Source: Eledone cirrhosa
Lineage: Eukaryota
DNA length: 64,000 bases
Direction of reading: 5' to 3'
NCBI GenBank assembly: GCA_964016885.1
Contig: OZ024741.1
Location: 296,732,001-296,796,000, forward strand
Of the stretch, positions 56,013-64,000 are shown piece by piece. The notes beneath the pieces were generated by a model. The model made no database searches. It was not told the origin of the DNA and worked only from the letters and a program-made list of their open reading frames with translations. Position numbers and translations under genes: made by a program. Numbering within the stretch: position 1 is the stretch's first letter; each line of letters begins with the position of its first letter.

Positions 56013-56858
56013 TCTTTTACTCTTTTACCTGTTTCAGCCATGGTGGCGTGTCACAGTTTGAGGTTGGTGTGGAAATCGGACCTTCGTAAAGATAAGAAGA
56101 TCCGTCTCTTTGTCGCTACTGTGGAGTCTGTGCTGCTGTAGGACACTCACCAAGAGACTCACTCAGATGGTAGACAGACAGGCATTTACAATTCCTATTC
56201 TTTAACTGATGTTTAATGTAGTTAATAATATTGAACAGAATAATATCAGTAACAATATCAACAACAACAATAATGATGTATTTATGATGTTATGCTCACT
56301 GAATGCAAGGAATTTGAAACTCCAAATAGTTATAATAATTGATGAAAATTGATCTACATTATAAGAACATAGAGCAATCAGCAATTTAGTTATAGGGATG
56401 GGCAAAATGATGTGATAAAATCCCTTAGAAATACCTTTATGAACCTGATATGTACAAACAACCGAAAATGTTCTGAGGTGTGGTATTAATTCACAAACCC
56501 AAACACTTACATAAACACAACACAAACACAACACATAGAGAATAAACCACTGACACAGACATATATCACAAAAGATTCATAGAAACATTCATATATATGT
56601 ATCTACTTGACCTGTTTTTCTCCAAGGAATCTTTTTCATTTCTGCCACTGCCCAGTCTCCTCAATCTTTCTATTTCTTCTTTGATTTCTCATTCTATTTT
56701 CTAATGAACGATTAACATCCGAAATGTTAAGACTCTTCCTACTATATCAAGCATAAAACTAATAATATATTTCTTCATTGTACTGTGTTGTTCGGTTTGT
56801 TATTTCTGTTTGCCTTTTGCATACATACATTTATATATATAAATATATATATACATAC

Positions 56859-56928
<70 letters not shown>

Positions 56929-56929
56929 A

Positions 56930-58865
56930 AGGGATAACAAAATATTGTTATAGGAAATCCAGTTAGAGGTTGTGAATACTTCTTATTATGGATAGTTTTA
57001 GCGTACGGCGTTGTTTGACTCAACAAGAGGTTTACGTAGGTGGCGAGTTTATGAGTTCTCTTGCATTCCTATGTAAGTTTATCTTGGAGTAATAATATTG
57101 AAAGAGTGAAGAATAACATGGTCAACAGTACAAAAAAGGGTTTTATTTAGTCTTAACAATTGTTTCACTGATTAAGTTGTCTAAAAATTGCTGAACACTT
57201 GAATCTGTGCCACTCAATTTTAAATACATTGTTAGCTTAACCAGATCATCAGAAGAACTGTTAAAAATATACTCAGTGTCTACGAATTCAAATTACAACA
57301 TCATTAATAAAGAAAGAGAGAGAGAAAAAAAGAATAAGGAAAAAAGAAAAAGATATAGAGAAAAAAGACAGAGAGAAAGAAGAGAAAAGGATGAAGAAAA
57401 AAGATAAAATAAAAATAAAGAGAAAAAACAATGACAACAACAATAAATGAATAAATGCTAATAAACAAGTTACATCGAGGATGATAAAAAACAATACAAA
57501 ATATGATAAAAAATAAATAAAAAATGTTTATATGTGCGAAGAAAAGTAAACAGTATGATTATTGAGAGTAGTTGTGGTGTTGGTGGTTAAAATATAGAGA
57601 TATCATCATCATCATCATCATTTTACATCCGCTTTTCCCTGCTTGTTCATAAGCTTCTGGTTATTTATCTATAAATAACCAGAAGCTTATGAACACAACG
57701 ACGCTCACCAATAAAATCTGGCAGCTCAAAGATACAAACGAGGAATACAGAATTAGCTGGGTGAAGTTGTCAACGGCAATGGCCTATAGAATTGGCATGT
57801 CCCACTGTGGACTTTGTAATATGGAATTATTCCATATTTTAAAATATAACAAAATGCTACTTAACAGCAAAATTGAACGAACAATTTTCTGTAGGCATAA
57901 AACGGCGAGCAAATTCAATAATTTCAGACCAACTTAATTCATCCCATCTATTCCATAATTCAAATTGTACCACCTGAATCTATTATAATAATTGTCATCA
58001 ACTGTCAATGAACCAACAACATAACCTTTTATATTTTATATTTTCTCTCTTTCATTTTCTATCTTTCTATTTCTTTCCCTAAATTTATTTCATCTCTTAC
58101 ATTATATCTTATCGTATTATTTTCACTTCTAATATAACTTACAATTAATTAATTAAATAATTTATTTATTTATTAATGTAACTAATGCATACATGAATAT
58201 ATTTAACATTTTCATGTTTATACCATCATATCTCTATATTTTAACCACCAATACCACAACTACTCTCAATAATCATACTATGTTATACTTTTCTTCGCAC
58301 ATATAAACATTTTTTTATTTCTTTTTCATCATATTTTGTATTGTTTTTTTATCATCCTCGTTGTAACTTGTTTATTAACATTTATTCATTTATTGTTGTT
58401 GTCATTGTTTTTTCTCTTTATTTTTATTTTTATTTTTATTTTTATTTTTATTTTTATTTTTATTTTTATTTTTATTTTTATTTTTATTTTTATTTTTATT
58501 TTTATTTTTATTTTTATTTTTATTTTTTTATCTTTTTTCTTCATCCTTTTCTCTTCTTTCTCTCTTTTTTCTCTGTCTTTTTTCTCTATATCTTTTTCTT
58601 TTTTCTTTTTTCTTTTTTCTTTTTTCTTTTTTCTTTTTTCTTTTTTCTCTCTCTCTCTTTATTAATGATGTTGTAATTTGAATTCGTAGACACTGAGTAT
58701 ATTTTTAACAGTTCTTCTGATGATCTGGTTAAGCTAACAATGTATTTAAAATTGAGTGGCACAGCTTCAAGTGTTCAGCAATTTTTAGACAACTTAATCA
58801 GTGAAACAATTGTTAAGACTGTAAATAAAACCCTTTTTTGTATTGTTGACCATGTTATTCTTCAC

Positions 58866-58871
<6 letters not shown>
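56930..58871 (+). mobile_element. 5'-truncated PLE: GIY-YIG C-terminal fragment (57689-57937) between long inverted arms
   Basis: TTLTNKIWQLK...CGLCNMEL...LLNSKIE...CRHK; arms ~57100-57603 / 58228-58871. Confidence 0.85.
58709..58821 (+). ncRNA. Hammerhead ribozyme, canonical core, long stem II; mirror copy 57149-57260 on minus
   Basis: cagttctt-CTGATGA-tctggttaag...cttaatcagt-GAAAC-aatt-GTT-aagactg, then AATAAA. Confidence 0.78.
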
Positions 58872-58950
<79 letters not shown>

Positions 58951-59312
58951 GAAATGGCTTCTACAGGACTAGAACTGTTTCATTGGGGAGAAATCCTGAT
59001 GATTTCTCCCGAATGTATTGAGTATCTCACTTACTGTGGTTACCCTCTCATTGAATCCGGGATAAATTTATATATATATAATTTAAGCCCAAATCACACT
59101 TTAGTGGGGAATACGAGTCAAATTGGCTAAAGGAAGCCAATTTTAACCTATATAGTGCCCCATTCCTGGTTTCAAAAACTCAAAGAGCCCAGCATCTGGA
59201 ATTTCAAGACATTAGAATAATCAATACTGAAAGAACTGGAGTTTTATCGTCAGGAGGCGAGTTCGTTAAAGAATATAGGACAAGCAGAAAAATTATCATT
59301 TATTTTATATGT

Positions 59313-59760
59313 GAAGGCGCATGGCTTAGTGGTTAGAGCATTGGGCTTGCAATCGAAAGGTTGTGAGTTCAATTCTCGGACCGGGTGATATGTTGTTTCC
59401 TTGAGCAAGACACTTTATTTCACATTGCTCCAGTTTACTCAGCTGTACAAATGAGATGATAGGACTGGGGTCCCTATCATTCCACTGCAAAGAGGTTGTG
59501 GAGGTGCCACGGCAAAAAAGCACCCAGCCCACACTGTAAAGTGGACATGTAGGCACCACAGAAAAAAAGCACCCAGCACTCACTGTAAATGAGGATCATG
59601 TTAAGAAGGGCACCCAACTGTAGAAATCAAGCCAGAATCAGTTCCCGTATGAACAAGACAAGGTCAGTTGACAGGAAATTGCCCACAACAGGACAACCTG
59701 TCTAACCCATGCTAGCGGGGAAGAACGGACGTAAAACTGTGATGATGATGATGATGATGA
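59313..59760 (+). mobile_element. tRNA-derived SINE (CORE-like centre) with RTE-derived 3' tail
   Basis: tggcttagtggtt A box, gagttcaatt B box, ccttgagcaagacactt core; tail shared with the RTE at 49300-49585. Confidence 0.75.
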
Positions 59761-60181
59761 TATATATATATATACATATATATGGTAATTCATAATGCAC
59801 CCAACACACTCTGGAAAGTCATAGTTCTTGTGCCACAATAAAAAGCACACATTCCACCCTGTAATGTGGTAGTATTGCCACCGTAATAAAACATACACAG
59901 TACATACCCTGAAATGGTTGATGTTAGGAAGGGCATCCAGCCATAGAAACTTAAAGTATTTATTTTTGTATTGCGAATGTTCACCATGATCTGTCCAGTT
60001 GTGATGAAGTAAACATTTGAATTAACAAACATGTTTTTACATATTTTCTTCTGAATCATTACAGCATGTTAAGAGGTTAGTTAAAGCACTGATAATTAAT
60101 TTCTAATTAATAGTTTCTGATTTTTAAAAAACAAATAACGGTTTCTGACTAACTAATGAAGACCTTTAATGACAATTTCAG

Positions 60182-60263
60182 AATAAAGACCTCCGAGATA
60201 AAACAAGCAATAGAGATGGTATCCCTATTAAACCCCAGGAGATCAATTTAAAGTTGAGGCCCA
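60182..60263 (+). CDS. Integrin beta subunit, exon 4 (hybrid domain start)
   Basis: tttcAG acceptor; NKDLRDKTSNRDGIPIKPQEINLKLRP; GTAAGT donor; phase 0 to 1. Confidence 0.9.
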
Positions 60264-61364
60264 GTAAGTATATACTAATATGTATGTGTGTGTGTGTAGG
60301 AAGGGTGTATGTGTGTGCATGTGCTTGCATAAGTGTTGAATTAGCAGAACCATCAAGTGTTGGAAAAAGGCTATGAGGTGTCTCTACTGGTTCCTTGCAT
60401 TCTGAGTTCAAATTCCACTATGGCTCACTTTGGTGGTAGACTTCATCTATCACCCAGTTTAACACCACTAGCTCGGTCCTTGGATGCCTTGGAGTCCATT
60501 CTATTGCAAACAGTTGGATCAAGTCTCCAGCTAGAAATTGTTCCTTCCTCCCACAAGTTTCACAGGCTCTGAAAAAAGTCATGGGCACAACCCTTCTCTC
60601 CATGAATAAAGAGTAGCAAAATATCTAAGCTTTTGTAGTTATATTAGGAAAATAAATTTATCTGTGGATCTTCTTCTCTATATCATAAAAGCAAGATTTT
60701 TACTTAAAAGTACATTGAAAGGAATCCATCAAGGCTCGTGTTTGACATTAGCCATTTTGACACCAAACTTCCTGAAACTACTCCTGGTTCTATTTTAAAA
60801 TATTTATATTTATCTAAAAAAATTTCCATTATAATTTTATGCATGAACCTTTGCTAAGTTATATTCCAAATAGTCTAAAGTCTGTCTCAAGCCGGTGCTT
60901 ATCCCAGTTTCGTGGCCTGAAGCAACATGACTCCACTCTTGACAGGATGCCAGTTCATTGCAGGGTTGAACCCTCAGCTATTGCTGGTACTCATTTTCAG
61001 TTGAGTATACTGGAACAACATGAAATGAAGTGTTTTTCTCAAGAACACAACACACAACCCAGCCTAGGAATCGAACCCATGACATTATGATCGTAAGTCC
61101 AACACTAGGCCACACGCCTCCAAGCACATTCCAAATACCAGCTTAATAATGTTAAAGTTAGATATATTACTAAATTCTTCAAAAACCTTGATTATTTTCG
61201 AAGTTATGTGAAAATCATAGGCAGTGTCTTTCATTAGAAATATGGTATCAAAAATGTTAAATAACAGCTATAGCTCTATCAGGCAAATATATCTTTTATA
61301 GAGCTACTGTTGTTATAAATACATCAGTCTACATTCACTACTGGTACTATGGTATCTAAAATAT

Positions 61365-61485
61365 ATTATGTAAATGTGTGAGATGACAAAGCATGGATGC
61401 TCTGAGGGAGAAACTGGGTATAAGAGGAATCAGAAGTAGTGTGCAGGAGAGGAGACTGCATTGGTATGGACATGTGATGTGTATA
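61365..61485 (+). pseudogene. RTE fragment
   Basis: LREKLGIRGI...QERRLHWYGHV. Confidence 0.7.
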
Positions 61486-61810
61486 TAAATTCTTTAACTC
61501 TTTAGCATTTAAACTGGCCATATCTGGCCGGAATTCTCTCACCTCTTCTGTTCACACTGACCATAACCGGCTACTCATACTTATGTTAAGGTATAGTTCT
61601 CAAAATAAATAATATCAAAATCTCATAGGTTCGATATTATGTGAGATAATTATATGAGGTATCGAGTTTACCGTGAAAATACAATAGTAAATATAGAGTA
61701 ATGTGAATGTTAAAGGTTTAAAACAGTTTAGTATTGTAGAACCAGAGACAGTTTCAGGCAGATTAGTATCAAAAGGGTTAAATTCTTATTCAGGTTTGGT
61801 TTATTTTCAG

Positions 61811-61942
61811 GAAAACCTTACAGAATACAGCTGGCTTATCGAGAAGCTAAAGATACTGCTGTTGATCTCTATGTTCTTATGGATCTATCTTCTTCAATGA
61901 AAATTGCTAAAAAGACATTGTCAAGTATTGGACAAATTCTTG
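61811..61942 (+). CDS. Integrin beta subunit, exon 5 (beta-I domain MIDAS loop); gene continues beyond the window
   Basis: ttttcAG acceptor; RKPYRIQLAYREAKDTAVDLYVLMDLSSSMKIAKKTLSSIGQIL; GTAAGA donor. Confidence 0.93.
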
Positions 61943-63164
61943 GTAAGATGACTGATTTTTGCTGTTCTTGTTATTGTAATACTAACACCCCACCATCCTT
62001 TCCCCTTACCACACACACACACACGCACTCACACCCCAAACACGCACACACACCCCAGTGTATATACACTCACTCATACATATGTACACAACACCTTACC
62101 CCTCTCCCCCCCCATAATACCAACACTAACCTCCACCATACATCCACATCCCACTAACACCTCCACTAATAAACACACACACCACCCTCTCCTTAAACTT
62201 TACCTCTCTTCACACTAACACACCACACACCAAGATACACTCTCACTCACACCAACCTCACCTTCTCTCATATCCACCACACCTTCAGCACACACATACA
62301 CTAAACTCCATTTACACATACGTACACACATGCCACTCTCACCCACACCCACACACACCTGCCTGTATACACAGCTACTTCATCCCACTACTGATAGCAA
62401 TGCTACTGCCTCTCACTCACCAGTCTGTTCTGTTGGCTCCACCTCCTGCCCTCCCTCTCACACATTGCCCTGCCATCTCCACCCTCGCCACCTTCTCACC
62501 CCACCCCTTTGACTTGACCATCTTGACCACTTCCTGTTGCGCATGTTCCATAACATTCCACTTCCTCCTCACCATTTTATACACACCCGACCACAAGGAC
62601 TTTTCACACATGCAACCATACATTTCACACAAACCCACATCATCCTCTCTTAGCCACACAAACACACGCACACACACGTGCACTTCTTCACATACACCCA
62701 CACTCCATCCCACACTGCCACACCCACACTGTCTCCGGATTCCGCACGATCTCCCCTCACCACATCTGACCCTTTTCCATCCACACGCACACACACACAC
62801 ACACCAACACTCATACAGGGTCTATACACACACAGACATACACTCCACTCCAACACACACAATGGTTTTTTAAAACCCACAAGCACGTACACCCGCTCTC
62901 CCCTAGACTCTCACACTTAAATCTACGCATACACACACACACGTACATCTACACACATACACATACCTCACATTGGACTCTATTTTTCCTTGCCCCTCTT
63001 TCTCCCCTCCATCCACCCCTCACACATCACCACACCCATGCCCTCCCGGATCCGTACACCCCTCTCACTTTTTTATAACTTTTATTTTCCACTTCTTGTT
63101 CCATTTTCAATTTATTTTTATATCTATTTTTCTCGCTAACTTATATATATATATATATATATAT

Positions 63165-63420
63165 ATATACTAATAAAGCTAACTGCCGTATGTATGTAAC
63201 AAACTTTTCGACAAACAGCTGGACCAAACAGCACCAAATTTGCACCATAGATGTAACTTTTTCCAAGTAAGAAAGTGAGGGTATTTTTGTCTACTGAATT
63301 TGGTTAAAAGATTAAAGACATTATTTAAATATTCACTTCTTGAAAATTTCAAATGTCAACACTTCCGGTTATACAACATTCCTCTCACTTTCTTAGTCTG
63401 TCTTTTTAGATAGATACATA
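63165..63420 (+). mobile_element. Helitron-like non-autonomous 5' end
   Basis: tatactaataaag...tgtatgtaac...ctggacc...ccaaattt motif series; resemblance only. Confidence 0.35.
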
Positions 63421-63509
63421 GCTATAACGTCGCGCCCTTATAATATGTCTCTGTATGTCTGGCTGTCTGCATTATGAAAGCCGTGTGTGTATATATGTAT
63501 ATATATATA

Positions 63510-63569
<60 letters not shown>

Positions 63570-64000
63570 TTAGTATCATAAATAAGAGACAGTTTAATTT
63601 GTACATTTTATTACACCATTCCTTTATACGTATATATACATACATAAACATGTTATTTACAGTTGTATAAAAGAAAGAAGTATAATTGTTTCTACTTTAG
63701 GCACAAGGCCAGCAATTATCCCAGTACATTACTGGTACTTTTTATATATAATATATATAATACAACATTTCTCTCTCTTTCTTACTCTGCCTTTTTAGAT
63801 AGATACATAGCTCTAACGTTGCATGCTTATAATATCTGTCTGTATGTCTGCCTGTCTGCATTGACTTCACTTCTAACCAACTTTTAATTAATTATATATA
63901 TATATAATTATATATTTGTGTACATATTTTCAACAGTAATACTATACTATACTATAGTATATATTTTCAACAGTAATTCTATACTATATGTATTCAACAG

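Noticed and set aside
59313-59390. tRNA gene
   Set aside because: It is a SINE head: no complete cloverleaf and it runs into a SINE body.

Overview
AT-rich, microsatellite-dense eukaryotic DNA whose SINE/LINE repertoire looks like a cephalopod (octopus-like) genome; the organism is an inference. Almost all tracked ORFs are microsatellite artefacts. The one host gene I can support, absent from the ORF track as a gene, is an integrin beta subunit on the + strand. Five phase-compatible coding exons (37779-37842, 46985-47061, 51370-51480, 60182-60263, 61811-61942) encode a signal peptide, PSI domain, hybrid start and the beta-I MIDAS loop, which lacks the ADMIDAS Asp-Asp pair. The rest is mobile DNA: a near-complete Penelope-like element (PLE), PLE/RTE/CRE fragments, tRNA-SINEs, a non-autonomous LTR element, MITEs and minisatellites. 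The strongest hidden signal is a hammerhead-ribozyme (HHR) system of about 20 canonical, variant or decayed minimal type I HHR motifs, mostly in small inverted/tandem elements lodged in (TA)n tracts. It includes a 312-bp tandem retrozyme-like array with three intact HHRs, and a diverged 314-bp homologue that shows compensatory stem changes and is fused to a PLE reverse-transcriptase fragment.
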